Positions 48,180-58,189 of a stretch of 64,000 nt of DNA are shown here, piece by piece. The notes under the pieces are model-generated. The model did no database searches. It saw only the letters and a list, made by a program, of their open reading frames with translations, and had not been told where the DNA came from. Position numbers and translations under genes: made by a program. How positions within the stretch are numbered: the stretch's first letter is position 1; each line of letters begins with the position of its first letter. Source of the stretch: Vicinamibacterales bacterium (GTDB taxonomy: Bacteria; Acidobacteriota; Vicinamibacteria; Vicinamibacterales; UBA8438); NCBI GenBank assembly GCA_965116765.1, contig OZ220718.1, positions 4,096,848-4,160,847 on the forward strand. Reading direction: 5' to 3'.

Positions 48180-49468
48180 GCGCCGACTCCGGCCAGCGCG
48201 CCGCTCGCGGCCGCCTCGCGGTCGAGCGTCCCGGCGACGCTCCGCTCCAGGATGTCGAGCCCGCGCTCGAGATCGGCGTCGCCGATCGTCAGCGGGCAGA
48301 GGCACTTGATCACCTGGCCCTCTGCGCCGGAGGTCTCGATGATGAGCCCCTGCTCGAAGCTCGCCGCCGAGATGCGGGTGGCGCGTGCCCCGGTCGAGCA
48401 GTCGAGACCCTGCATCAGGCCGCGCCCGCGCACCGTGAGCCGCGCGTCCTGATCCCGGGTCGCGATGTCGCCCAGCCTGGTCCTCACGCGCTGCGCCTTG
48501 CGTTCTACCGCGTCACGCAACCGGTCGTCGCGCCAGTACGACGCCAGCGTCTGCGTCGCGGTCACGAACGCGAGGTTGTTGCCGCGAAACGTGCCGTTGT
48601 GCTCGCCGGGCTGCCAGGTGTCGAGCTCCGGCTTCAGCAGCAGGAGCGAGAACGGCAGCCCGTAGCCGCTCAGCGACTTCGACAGCGTCACGAGGTCCGG
48701 CGACAGCCCGGCCGCCTCGAAGCTGAAGAAGGGGCCCGTGCGGCCGCACCCGGCCTGAATGTCGTCGACGATCAGCAGCATGCCGTGCCGGCGGCAGACC
48801 CGTTCCAGATTGCGGAGCCAGGTCGACCGGGCGGCGTTGAGCCCCCCCTCGCCCTGCACCGTCTCGACGATGACGGCGGCCGGCCGGTCGACGCCGCTGC
48901 CGCGGTCCGAGAGCACGCGGTCGAGGTACTGCGTGGTGTCGACGTCGGAGCCCAGATAACCGTCGTAGGGCACGAAGGTCACCCCGCTCGTCGCGACGCC
49001 GGCGGCGCCGCGGTAGTGCACGTTCCCCGTGGCGGCGACCGCTCCCAGCGTAACCCCGTGGAAGCCGTTCGTGAAGGCGACGATCGTGGACCGGCCGGTC
49101 GCCTTGCGGGCGACCTTCAGCGCCGCTTCGACCGCGTTGGTCCCGGTCGGCCCGGTGAATTGGACGCGATAGCGCAACCCCCGCGGCTCGAGGACGGTCG
49201 TGCGGAAGCACTCGAGGAATCGGCGCTTCGCCTCGGTCGCCAGATCCAGCCCGTGCACGATCCCGTCCGATTCGATGTAGTCGAGCAGCACCCGCTTCAG
49301 CAGCGGGTTGTTGTGTCCGTAGTTGAGCGCCCCCGCGCCGCTGAGGAAGTCGACGTACTCCTTGCCCGTTTCGTCGATCAGGGTCGCACCCTGTGCCCGC
49401 GAGAAGACGGCCGGGAAAGCCCGGCTGTAGCTCCGTACGCTCGATTCCAGCTCCGTGAAGACATTCAT
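48176..49468 (-). CDS. ectB: Diaminobutyrate-2-oxoglutarate transaminase
   Basis: [22 protein letters not shown]..., with the PLP lysine context [14 protein letters not shown]. Confidence 0.9.
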   Translation of the reverse strand: MNVFTELESSVRSYSRAFPAVFSRAQGATLIDETGKEYVDFLSGAGALNYGHNNPLLKRVLLDYIESDGIVHGLDLATEAKRRFLECFRTTVLEPRGLRYRVQFTGPTGTNAVEAALKVARKATGRSTIVAFTNGFHGVTLGAVAATGNVHYRGAAGVATSGVTFVPYDGYLGSDVDTTQYLDRVLSDRGSGVDRPAAVIVETVQGEGGLNAARSTWLRNLERVCRRHGMLLIVDDIQAGCGRTGPFFSFEAAGLSPDLVTLSKSLSGYGLPFSLLLLKPELDTWQPGEHNGTFRGNNLAFVTATQTLASYWRDDRLRDAVERKAQRVRTRLGDIATRDQDARLTVRGRGLMQGLDCSTGARATRISAASFEQGLIIETSGAEGQVIKCLCPLTIGDADLERGLDILERSVAGTLDREAAASGALAGVGA

Positions 49469-49475
49469 GGATTTC

Positions 49476-50072
49476 TCACTCCCGGGGTTCCGGCCCGGGG
49501 CCGAACGGTCCGATGCGCACCACGTGCTCAGGCTCGTGGGTACCGCCGAGGTCCGCGGAAGTGAAGCGGGGGCGCCGCTCGAGGCTTGCCCCCCGGTCGC
49601 GCGCCAGCGCGCTGAACAAGGCCCGGGAAGCCGTGTTCGAAGGCGTGACCGTGGCTTCGAGGTACCGCACCGCCCGGCAGGCCCGGCGATCGAGGATGGC
49701 GGCGAGCAGGCGGCGGGCGACGCCCTGTCCCCGGGTGGCAGGGTCGACGGCAACCTGCCAGATGAAGAGGGTGGACGGCTCCGAGGGCACGAGGTAGCCC
49801 GAGACGAATCCCACGATTCGGCCCGCCCGCACCGCCACCGCGCAGGTAGCGGCGAAATGCGTGGCCAGCAACAGGTAGCAGTAGGTGGAGTTGGGATCGA
49901 GCACGCCGCAACGGCCGACCAGCGCGCAGATGGCGACGGCATCGGCGGCAACGGGCTCGCGACAGTGGACTGGAGAACCGACGGTCCGTCCCGCCGATGC
50001 GACGGTCACGCCGGTTCGGACGGCCGGTGGAGGGTCACCCCCTTGCTCGCGATTGGTTCCCTCATGAATCAT
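49476..50072 (-). CDS. ectA: L-2,4-diaminobutyrate acetyltransferase
   Basis: GNAT core WQVAVDPATRGQGVARRLL. Operon position ahead of ectB. Start uncertain (50072 or 50093). Confidence 0.8.
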   Translation of the reverse strand: MIHEGTNREQGGDPPPAVRTGVTVASAGRTVGSPVHCREPVAADAVAICALVGRCGVLDPNSTYCYLLLATHFAATCAVAVRAGRIVGFVSGYLVPSEPSTLFIWQVAVDPATRGQGVARRLLAAILDRRACRAVRYLEATVTPSNTASRALFSALARDRGASLERRPRFTSADLGGTHEPEHVVRIGPFGPGPEPRE

Positions 50073-50149
50073 TTGCGCGCGAAAGTGTATCATACGAAAG
50101 AAATGCCCGATGGTCGGGACAACACCCGTCGTGCCGTCCCCGACGACGG

Positions 50150-50779
50150 CTACTCCACGTCGGGGGCGCCGGCGGCCCGGCCGGCGTGTGCGGAGGGAGT
50201 CGCGAGCTCGACCGTGGTGCGGTCGGGCTCGAGCTGGGGGTCGGCGGCCAGCGAGACGCCGGTGTCGAGAATCGTGGAGGCGTCGCCGTGCTCGATGCCC
50301 ATCAACCCCACGACGCGTTCCAGCGACCGCGTGATGGCGGCCCGCTCGATCTCCGGCAATCTGTCGAGGGCCGACGCCAGGCGATCCTGCATGGGTGAGG
50401 GGGAGACCTTCACCAGAGTCTGGCCCTTGGGAGAAGCCGTTATCAGAACGCGGCGGCGGTCGACGTCGGAACGGAGCCGCGTCGCCAGCCCCTTGCGCAC
50501 CAGGCGGTCCACGATGCCGACGGCGGTGCTGGGCGAGATCTCGACTGCCGTCGCCAGATCGGTGAGCGACAGCGGTCCGTTCGCGGCGAGATGCAGGAGG
50601 CAGGACAGTTGGGGAACCGTCACGCCGTGCTGGCTCTCGAGTCGGTGCGAAAAGCTGTCCACGGCACGGATGATGCGGCGGATCGCCTTCAGCGTGCGGT
50701 CATGGTAGCGGGGCGCGGCACTCCTCGATTCGGCCGGCCGGCCGCTCGCCGAGGAAGAGGCCTGCTCGTCGTGAATCAT
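50150..50779 (-). CDS. MarR-family regulator (EctR-like by position)
   Basis: Winged-helix core VPQLSCLLHLAANGPLSLTDLATAVEISPSTAVGIVDRLVRKGLATR. Lies upstream of ectA on the same strand. Confidence 0.75.
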   Translation of the reverse strand: MIHDEQASSSASGRPAESRSAAPRYHDRTLKAIRRIIRAVDSFSHRLESQHGVTVPQLSCLLHLAANGPLSLTDLATAVEISPSTAVGIVDRLVRKGLATRLRSDVDRRRVLITASPKGQTLVKVSPSPMQDRLASALDRLPEIERAAITRSLERVVGLMGIEHGDASTILDTGVSLAADPQLEPDRTTVELATPSAHAGRAAGAPDVE

Positions 50780-50889
50780 CCGTGGACCCAATCTAGCATA
50801 CGCAGCGGGCCGTTTCCCATTTCGCCACGGCCTCGCCCGCTGCACCGGGGAATCCGTCCGGCGGGCCCCGGCGGGAGCAGTCACGGAAC

Positions 50890-51789
50890 ATGCACGGGCG
50901 GGTGACGTGGCTCGGCCGGGGCCTGCTGGCCGGCCTGATCCTCGCGGCGGCGGGCCTCTGGACGCTGGCCCGCGACCCCGCGACCGACCGCGCGTACGCA
51001 GGCGGGCTGGAGAGCATCCGGCAGGCCGGGACCGTGCGCCTGGGATATGCCAACGAGGCCCCCTACGGCTACCGCGACACCGCGACCGGCAGGATAACGG
51101 GCGAGGCTCCCGAAGTCGCGCGCGTCGTGCTGCGGCGCCTGGGGCTCGAGCGCATCGAGGCGGTCGTCACCGAGTTCGGGGCGCTGATTCCGGGCCTCCG
51201 GGCGGGCCGTTTCGACATCATCGCGGCCGGCATGTACATCACCCCCGCCCGCTGCCGCCAGATCGCCTTCTCCGAGCCGACCTACCGGATCGGCGAGGCC
51301 TTCGCGGTGCGGGCCGGCAACCCGCTGGCGCTGCACGGCTACGAGGACGTCGCGCGCCACCCGGCCGCCACGCTGGGCGTCGTGGGCGGCGCCATCGAGC
51401 ACACCTACGCGCGGGCGGTCGGGATACCGGAGGCTCGCGTTGCCGTGTTCCCGGACAACATCAGTGCGCTGACCGCCCTGCGCGCCGGGCGCATCGATGC
51501 GTGGGCCGCGACCCGGCTGACGACGCTCGACCTGTTGCGCAAGGCGAGCACCCCGCAGCTCGAGCTGGCCGAGCCGTTCTTCGACCCCGTAATCGGCGGG
51601 CAGACGATCGTCGGGTACGGCGCGTTCGGCTTTCGCCTGCGCGATCGGGCGTTGCGGGCCGCGTTCAACCGCGAGCTGGACGACTTCGTCGGCAGCGACG
51701 AGCACCTGCGCCTGACCGCTCCGTTCGGCATCACGCGCGACACCTTGCCGGGCGACGTCACCACCCGCGAGCTGTGCGGGCGCACCTGA
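50890..51789 (+). CDS. ehuB: Ectoine/hydroxyectoine ABC transporter substrate-binding protein
   Basis: Signal peptide. VRLGYANEAPYGYRD...IIAAGMYITPARC is EhuB-like. Confidence 0.8.
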   Translation: MHGRVTWLGRGLLAGLILAAAGLWTLARDPATDRAYAGGLESIRQAGTVRLGYANEAPYGYRDTATGRITGEAPEVARVVLRRLGLERIEAVVTEFGALIPGLRAGRFDIIAAGMYITPARCRQIAFSEPTYRIGEAFAVRAGNPLALHGYEDVARHPAATLGVVGGAIEHTYARAVGIPEARVAVFPDNISALTALRAGRIDAWAATRLTTLDLLRKASTPQLELAEPFFDPVIGGQTIVGYGAFGFRLRDRALRAAFNRELDDFVGSDEHLRLTAPFGITRDTLPGDVTTRELCGRT

Positions 51790-51803
51790 GCGGGTCCCGT
51801 CGC

Positions 51804-52478
51804 ATGATTTCGGAAACCGAGCTCGTCCCGCACCTGCCGCACCTGCTGGGGGGCTTGCAGGTGACGCTCCAGGTGTTCGCCGGCAGCGCGCTGCTGGCCG
51901 CGGCCAGCGCCCTGGTCGCCGGCGTGGCCCGCACGTCCACCGATCCCGTCGTGCGGGGAGCAGCCGCCGGCTACGTCGAGGCCTTCCGCGGCACGTCGGC
52001 GCTGGTGCAGCTCTTCTGGGCCTACTTCGCCCTGCCGCTGCTGTTCGGGGTCCACCTGGACGCCATGGTGGTCGGCATCCTCGTGCTGGGCCTGAACGCG
52101 GGGGCCTACGGCGCGGAGATCGTGCGCGGCGCCGTCCAGGCGGTCCCCGCCGGGCAGCACCAGGCGGCGGTCGCCCTGAACCTGACGGCGTGGCAGCGCC
52201 TGCGCCACGTCGTCCTGCCGCAGGCCGGCCTGGCGATGCTCCCGCCCGTCGGCAACCTGTCGATCGAGCTGCTCAAGAGCACGGCGCTAGTCTCGATGAT
52301 CACGGTGACCGACGTCACCCGCGCCGGGCTCGAGATCCGCGACAACACCCTGCTGACGACCGAGATCCTGTCGCTGCTGCTGCTGATCTACCTCGCGCTG
52401 GCCCTGCTGCTGACGGCGGCCGTGCGCGGCCTCGAAGCGCGGCTGTCCCGCGGCCGCGAGCGGGGAGACGCCCGTTGA
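51804..52478 (+). CDS. ehuC: Ectoine/hydroxyectoine ABC transporter permease
   Basis: His/Glu/Gln/Arg-type permease with an EAA-like loop. ATG at 51804 within track ORF 50907..52478. Confidence 0.8.
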   Translation: MISETELVPHLPHLLGGLQVTLQVFAGSALLAAASALVAGVARTSTDPVVRGAAAGYVEAFRGTSALVQLFWAYFALPLLFGVHLDAMVVGILVLGLNAGAYGAEIVRGAVQAVPAGQHQAAVALNLTAWQRLRHVVLPQAGLAMLPPVGNLSIELLKSTALVSMITVTDVTRAGLEIRDNTLLTTEILSLLLLIYLALALLLTAAVRGLEARLSRGRERGDAR

Positions 52479-53134
52479 TCTGGGACTGGCAGTTCGCCGT
52501 GGACGTCCTGCCCGACCTGTTGCGCGGGCTGCGGGTCACGCTCCAGGCCGTCGCCGGCGGCATGTCGCTGGCGCTCGTCCTCGGCCTCGCCTGGGCGCTG
52601 TGCCGCCGGGCGCGCCGGCCGTGGGTCTCGTGGCCGGTCGCGGGGCTGGTCGAGGCGGTGCGCAGCACGCCGCTGCTGATTCAGTTGTTCTTCGTCTACT
52701 ACGTGCTGCCGGCCGCCGGCGTGGTGGTCGACCCGTGGGTCGCCGGCCTCGCCGCGCTGGGCCTGCACTACAGCGCCTACACCTCGGAGGTCTATCGCGC
52801 CGGCCTCGACGGGGTGCCGCGCGGGCAATGGCTGGCGGCCCGGGCGCTGAACCTCACCCGCTTCGAGACGTATCGCCACGTCGTCCTGCCCCAGGCGCTG
52901 CCCCCGGTCGTGCCGGCCCTCGGCAACTACCTCATCGCCATGTTCAAGGACGCGCCGCTGCTGTCGGCGATTACGGTGCAGGAGGTGCTCTCGACGGCCC
53001 GGAACCTGGGGAACGAGCATTTCCGGTACCTGGAGCCGCTCACCCTCGTCGGCGTCTTCTTCCTCGTGCTCAGCCTCCTCGCCGGGAGCCTGGTGAGGTG
53101 GCTCGAGCGGCGCCTGAAGGTGGTGCCGGCGTGA
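52475..53134 (+). CDS. ehuD: Ectoine/hydroxyectoine ABC transporter permease
   Basis: The TTG start overlaps the ehuC stop. LIWDWQFAVDVLPDLLRGLRVTLQ... Confidence 0.75.
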   Translation: MIWDWQFAVDVLPDLLRGLRVTLQAVAGGMSLALVLGLAWALCRRARRPWVSWPVAGLVEAVRSTPLLIQLFFVYYVLPAAGVVVDPWVAGLAALGLHYSAYTSEVYRAGLDGVPRGQWLAARALNLTRFETYRHVVLPQALPPVVPALGNYLIAMFKDAPLLSAITVQEVLSTARNLGNEHFRYLEPLTLVGVFFLVLSLLAGSLVRWLERRLKVVPA

Positions 53135-53946
53135 GGGGGCGCGACGGCGCGGACCGGCCCCTGGTCCGGGTGCGGAGCCTCCGCAAGGCCTACGGAGATC
53201 GCCCGGTCCTGCGCGGCGTCGACCTCGACGTCGCCCACGGCGAGCGGGTGGCCGTCATCGGCCCGAGCGGCTCGGGCAAGTCGACGCTGCTGCGGCTGCT
53301 GATGACGCTCGAGAAGCCCGACGGCGGCACGATCGAGATCGACGGAGATCCGATGTGGACGGCACGGCGCGGCGGCCGGGAGGTGCCGGCCGACGAGGCG
53401 CACCTGCGCGCCGTGCGCGGCAGGGTCGGCATGGTCTTCCAGCAGTTCAACCTCTTTCCGCACATGACCGTGCTGCGCAACGTCACGCTCGCCCCGCGAC
53501 TGCGCCTCGGACTCGCGCGGCGGGAGGCGGAGGACCGGGCGCGCCGACTGCTCGCGATGGTCGGCCTCGAGGACCGGGCGGACCAGTACCCGGCCACCCT
53601 GTCCGGCGGGCAGAAACAGCGCGTCGCCATCGCGCGGGCGCTGGCCGTGCAGCCGCGCATCATGCTGTTCGACGAGGTGACGTCGGCCCTCGATCCGCAG
53701 CTCGTGGGCGAGGTGCTGGCCGTGCTCCGGCGGCTCGCCGACGATACCGACATGACGAAGATCATCGTGACGCACGAGATGACGTTCGCGCGGGACATCG
53801 CCGACCGTGTGCTGTTCCTCGACGAAGGCCGTATCGTGGAAGCGGGGCCACCCGACCGGATCTTCAAGGACCCGGCGCATCCGCGCACGCGGGAGTTCCT
53901 GCAAACGTTCCTGACCCAGCCGCGAGGGCGGCGCGGCGCGGGGTGA
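53131..53946 (+). CDS. ehuA: Ectoine/hydroxyectoine ABC transporter ATP-binding protein
   Basis: GPSGSGKST, LSGGQKQRVAIARAL and LFDEVTSALD. The GTG start overlaps the ehuD stop. Confidence 0.85.
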   Translation: MRGRDGADRPLVRVRSLRKAYGDRPVLRGVDLDVAHGERVAVIGPSGSGKSTLLRLLMTLEKPDGGTIEIDGDPMWTARRGGREVPADEAHLRAVRGRVGMVFQQFNLFPHMTVLRNVTLAPRLRLGLARREAEDRARRLLAMVGLEDRADQYPATLSGGQKQRVAIARALAVQPRIMLFDEVTSALDPQLVGEVLAVLRRLADDTDMTKIIVTHEMTFARDIADRVLFLDEGRIVEAGPPDRIFKDPAHPRTREFLQTFLTQPRGRRGAG

Positions 53947-53982
53947 CCGCCGCGCCGGAGCCGCGCGCGGAAGGGGAGGCGC

Positions 53983-54834
53983 ATGACCGAAGAGACCGGA
54001 CGAGGCGCGCGAGACTGGCAGCTCGAGCACTACGCCAGGGTCGGCAAGGAATACGGCGACAAGCACTTCACCCGGGCCGACAGCGAGTACACTAACTGGG
54101 TGCTCGGGCAGATCGCCGGTGTGAAGCCCGACGCCCGCACGATTGCCGAGGTCGGCGCGGGAACGTGCGTCTTTGCATCCCAGCTGGGTTGCCGCATGGG
54201 CCTCGAGCTCCCCGTGGTCTGTTACGAGCCGGTCGCGGAGCTGCTGGAAGCGGCCGCCGGTTTCGCCAACGTGCGCGCCGTACATGGCGGGGCCGCGGAA
54301 TTCGCGCGCGATGCACCCGACAGTGCGTTCGATCTCGTCTATACCAAGGACACCGCCCACCATTTCCCGGTCGATTCCCTGACCGGCGTGCACCGCGGAC
54401 TCTGTGCGAAGCTGAAGCCCGGCGGACGCTACCTGATGGTGGTGCGCACGCCGCCCGACCCCGCCCTGGTGCCGGTCGGGCGCGATGCGGGTCGCAGGTG
54501 GCCCGACCTGTACACGTCGCTCGGCGATCTGCTGGCAGCGATGCGCAAGGTCCCGGACTGGCGGGAGGTGGCGGTCACGCGCTGGGAGAAGGCGGTCCCC
54601 ACGTCGGCCCGGGAGTGGATCGACGGCGTGCGCGGACGGGACACGTGGTCGGTGTTCTCGGCACTCGGTCCGGATGAGATCGCCGCTACCGTGGACGAGC
54701 TGGAAGCGCGCTTCGACGGCGGCGCAGCGTTCGACTTCCTGCATCAGTACGACGTCGCAGTATTCGAGAAGCCGGCCGGCGGCGTCGCCCGACGACCGCC
54801 ACCTCCGCTCCGGCCGGCGGAACGCGGGGGCTGA
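53983..54834 (+). CDS. Class I SAM-dependent methyltransferase
   Basis: Motif I IAEVGAGTCVFASQL and post-I/II spacing. 283 aa. Confidence 0.7.
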   Translation: MTEETGRGARDWQLEHYARVGKEYGDKHFTRADSEYTNWVLGQIAGVKPDARTIAEVGAGTCVFASQLGCRMGLELPVVCYEPVAELLEAAAGFANVRAVHGGAAEFARDAPDSAFDLVYTKDTAHHFPVDSLTGVHRGLCAKLKPGGRYLMVVRTPPDPALVPVGRDAGRRWPDLYTSLGDLLAAMRKVPDWREVAVTRWEKAVPTSAREWIDGVRGRDTWSVFSALGPDEIAATVDELEARFDGGAAFDFLHQYDVAVFEKPAGGVARRPPPPLRPAERGG

Positions 54835-55029
54835 GACGCGTTCGGGGGCCGGACTGCGAGAGTGGAGTGGAAGACACCGGGGTCGGGACTCGACTCGGCC
54901 CCAGCCTGACGCTGGCGGAGTCGTCGCTGAGCATGGCCCCGGACGGAACGCCCGAGCTGCGGGAAACCCAGATCGTGAACGTGACGGAGGTGGAGCCGTT
55001 TCGGGGCTGCGAGCGCGGGGACAGCCGCG

Positions 55030-55059
55030 CCGGGAGCCCGCGTCGCCGCGGGCTCCCGG
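55030..55059. terminator. Perfect 13-bp stem / 4-nt loop hairpin between convergent genes
   Basis: CCGGGAGCCCGCG tcgc CGCGGGCTCCCGG, 7 nt past the hydrolase stop. No U-tract on either strand. Confidence 0.5.
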
Positions 55060-55065
55060 AACGGG

Positions 55066-55939
55066 CTACGCGGTGAGGTGCCGGCGGAAGAAGCCCACCG
55101 TCAGGTTCCACGCCTGGGCGGCCGCCGCCTCGTTGTAGCGCGGGGTCGAGTTGTTGTGGAAGCCGTGCAGGGTGCCCTCGAACATGTGCATCTCGTGCTC
55201 GACGTTGTTCGCCTGCAGGGCGGCCTCGTACTCGGGCCACATCGCGTTGATGCGAGATGATCATCATCGCGGCCTCGATGTTCGGCACCCCCTCGGTCGG
55301 GGCGGAGGCGCCGTAGAAGGGCACGCCGGCCTGAAGGTCGCTGCCCAGCTCGACCGCGAGGCGGTTGGTCATGCCCCCGCCCCAGCAGAACCCGGTCGAC
55401 CCGAGGCGGCCGTTCGACAGCGCGTGCCCCTTGAGGAAGCGCGCGCTGTTGATCATGTCCTGGTCGAGCTCGTCGGGGTCGAGGCCGCGCTGCAGGACGC
55501 GGCCGTCGTCGTCGTTGCCGGGGTAGCCGCCCACCGGCGACAGGCCGTCCGGCGCGAGGGCGAGGAACCCGGCCACCGCGGCGCGGCGGGCGACGTCCTC
55601 GATGTGCGGGTTCAGGCCGCGGTTCTCGTGGATGATCAGCACCGCCGGAAACGGCCCGTCCCCGGCCGGCTGCACGAGGTAGCCGCGCATCTCGCCCGAG
55701 GTGCCGCCCGGCGACGGGTACTCGACGTAGGTCCCCCTCATGCGGGGGTCGGTGAACGAGATCGTCTGCGCCTCGGCGTAGCGCGGCAGCAGGGCCTGGG
55801 CCATCCACAGGGCCGAGACGCCGCCGATGGTCATCGCCGCGGCGCGGTTCAGGAACTCGCGCCGGGTGATCCGGCCGTGGCAGTACTCGTCGTAGAGGTC
55901 GAAGACGCGCGGGTCGATCTTCTTCTGTTCCTCGGTCAT
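55066..55939 (-). CDS. Dienelactone hydrolase family protein with Tat-type signal; one frameshift near 55255
   Basis: ITRREFLNRAAAMTIGGVSAL and GSTGFCWGG (nucleophile elbow). After ...IEAAMMI the frame shifts to ...INAMWPEYEAALQANNVEHEMHMFEGTLHGFHNN...FFRRHLTA*. Confidence 0.8.
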
Positions 55940-56083
55940 CGGTACGCTCCTCTTGCTGCGTGACTTGCCTCCGGTTTACGGTGGACTCGCGTGTCGTGGC
56001 CGGGCACGCGGCGGCGTGACCGACTCGGCGAACACGATTCTACGGAACTCGCGGCGCTACGTCACCCCGAGCTGCTTTCCGGG

Positions 56084-56295
56084 ACCCACGAGGTGGCCGA
56101 AGACTGTCCCAATGGTCTTCCGGAACCACCGGCCTCACGATGTCACCCGTCACCGTGACGGTGCCCTTCGGCTCCCGTGGCCGAAGACTGTCCCAATGGT
56201 CTTCCGGAACCACCGGCTCCGGAACTGCCGGCTGCCGAGGCCGAGCCCGCGGGACCGGCCGCCTCACGATGTCACCCGTCACCGTGACGGTGCGC
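56084..56295. repeat. Composite intergenic repeat A-B-A-(45 nt)-B with internal palindromes
   Basis: A is GTGGCCGAAGACTGTCCCAATGGTCTTCCGGAACCACCGG at 56084 and 56168. B is CCTCACGATGTCACCCGTCACCGTGACGGTGC(C/G)CTTCGGCTCC at 56124 and 56253. Palindromes are GAAGAC..GTCTTC and GTCACCGTGAC. Confidence 0.85.
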
Positions 56296-56368
56296 TTCGG
56301 CTCCATCTGCGGGTACCCGGCCCGCGCTCGGGGCGCGGGCGGGTCACGCCGGGTCGGCCCTTCGGTGG

Positions 56369-57427
56369 TCATCGCGAGGTCGCATCCCGTTCCGAGCCGG
56401 CCTGCTCCTCCACGCGGTGGCCGGCGAGGATGCCCTCCATGCCGATGTTGCCCTCGTGGCAGGCGTACTCGAAGATGTCCTCGTCCTTCCGCGTCAACGG
56501 GATCATCGCGGTCCACGGGCCCGAGTAGGTGCCCGGATCGTCGACCGTGAACTCGTGCTCTATCGTGTCGGGGCCGACCCGCGTGAAGCGTTCCACGAGC
56601 CGGAGCTGCTCGGCCGACCCGCGGATGCGCTCGTACAGCGCGGCCGGAGAATCGCTCTTCGGCGAGAAGTTGCGGGTCTCGACGACCAGCGTGTCCTCGT
56701 CCCAGTAGCCGCGCGCGTCGCCGTGCCACTGCCGGATGGCGTCGTCGACGTGGGGGCCGGCGTCGATGGGGACGATGCGGGCGTCGTGGATCATCTCGTG
56801 CAGGAACACGACGTGGTCCGGGGTCTGGACGATCCGGTAGTAGGTGTTGTAGCCGGCGAACAGGTTGGGCATGCCGAAGGTGATGCACCGCTCCTGCAGC
56901 CGGCGGTCGGTCCACGACGACGCCGGGTTGTCGGCGAGGTGGGCGGCCCGCGCGTCGACGCGCCGTTGCGCCTCGGGCGTCAAGGGCGGCAGGCGGCCAT
57001 CCGGCGGGTCGACGACCAGCGAGGTGCGGTTGTCGAAGTCCCGGTCGACCAGCCAGAACTGGTTGTAGTTGCCGGTCGCCGCGTCGCGCGACGAGAACGA
57101 GTCGTCGTCGCCGAGGGCGGCGGTGAACACGCTGTCCGCGAACGCCGCGTCGCTCTCGCCGCTCGCGAAGATCTCCGCGTAGCGGGCCTCGAGCCGCGCC
57201 AGCTCCTCGTCGGTCAGCACCGCCTTGTCGCCCAGCGCCTCGGGGCGCTCGAGCGGCGTCGCGGTGTTGTTGGCCCAGACGCCCTGCAGGTCCGGCCGGC
57301 CGTCCGGCGTGCGCGGCAGGGTCCACGGCTCCTCTCCCGCCTGCGCAAGGCTCGCCGCCGGCGCCGCCGCCATCGCGCCCGCGACCACCGCGAGGGCCGC
57401 CCACCATGCTGTCCGTGACTGGTTCAT
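56369..57427 (-). CDS. Secreted hypothetical protein
   Basis: Signal MNQSRTAWWAALAVVAGAMAAAPAASLAQA. Non-repetitive 352 aa with coding-like composition. No family recognised. Confidence 0.7.
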   Translation of the reverse strand: MNQSRTAWWAALAVVAGAMAAAPAASLAQAGEEPWTLPRTPDGRPDLQGVWANNTATPLERPEALGDKAVLTDEELARLEARYAEIFASGESDAAFADSVFTAALGDDDSFSSRDAATGNYNQFWLVDRDFDNRTSLVVDPPDGRLPPLTPEAQRRVDARAAHLADNPASSWTDRRLQERCITFGMPNLFAGYNTYYRIVQTPDHVVFLHEMIHDARIVPIDAGPHVDDAIRQWHGDARGYWDEDTLVVETRNFSPKSDSPAALYERIRGSAEQLRLVERFTRVGPDTIEHEFTVDDPGTYSGPWTAMIPLTRKDEDIFEYACHEGNIGMEGILAGHRVEEQAGSERDATSR

Positions 57428-57563
57428 CGTCGTCTCTCCCGAAGTGTCCTGCCGTGCATTATGTCAGTCTTTCGACCGGCAGCGACCCGCTCGCGCCCTG
57501 CGAGTGCGATCCAGGCAACGCCCCAACCGAGACGGGAGCGCGGGACCACCCGTGGACGTCCGG

Positions 57564-57908
57564 TCAACGGCCGAGGACGACATCGAGCCCCGACAGCAGA
57601 AGCTCGAACTTGGCCCGCGGGAGCTTGCCGGCCCGTTCATCGAGCAGGCTTCTGTCGAGCGCGATGACCTGCGAGGCGTTGGCCACCGAGTCTTGCGGAA
57701 GACCTGTCGTTCTTGCGGCAAGAAGCACGTTACCCGGCGCGTCGGCCCACCGCAGGTTGCTCGTGAGCGGCACGCACACCGCGGTGGCGAGGCGGCTTCG
57801 ATTCAAGGCATCGCCCTGCACCACCACGACCGGTCGTCGAAACCCGGGGCCCGATCCGACGGGGGCGGGCAGATCGGCCCACCAGATCTCGCCCTGCGAG
57901 ATCACCAC
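57564..57908 (-). CDS. mazF: MazF/PemK family toxin
   Basis: GEIWWADLPAPVGSGPGFRRPVVVVQGDALN...VCVPLTS is a typical PemK fold. Confidence 0.85.
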   Translation of the reverse strand: MVISQGEIWWADLPAPVGSGPGFRRPVVVVQGDALNRSRLATAVCVPLTSNLRWADAPGNVLLAARTTGLPQDSVANASQVIALDRSLLDERAGKLPRAKFELLLSGLDVVLGR

Positions 57909-58138
57909 TCGACGCGCTCCAGAACGCGGCGCGCCGCCACGGCCAGGAACTCATCCGACTCGGCACCGACCTGATCGCATACCCGATTCATGGCTTCGGT
58001 GACTTCGTCCGGTGCGTGGCGGGCCACGTACTCCCGCAACGCGGCGCTGTACACCTCGCTTCGTGATCGCCGCTCGCGCTCGGCCAGTCGCTCGACCTTC
58101 TCGAAAACCTCGTCCGGGATGGAAACCGCCGTCTTCAT
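57902..58138 (-). CDS. mazE: RHH (CopG/MazE-like) antitoxin
   Basis: MKTAVSIPDEVFEKVERLAERERRSRSEVYSAALREYV. Overlaps mazF by 7 nt. Confidence 0.8.
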   Translation of the reverse strand: MKTAVSIPDEVFEKVERLAERERRSRSEVYSAALREYVARHAPDEVTEAMNRVCDQVGAESDEFLAVAARRVLERVEW

Positions 58139-58189
58139 ACCCCGAGTATAACCGGGCTCGGGGATCAGGGGGAGGGCGTTCGCGATCGG

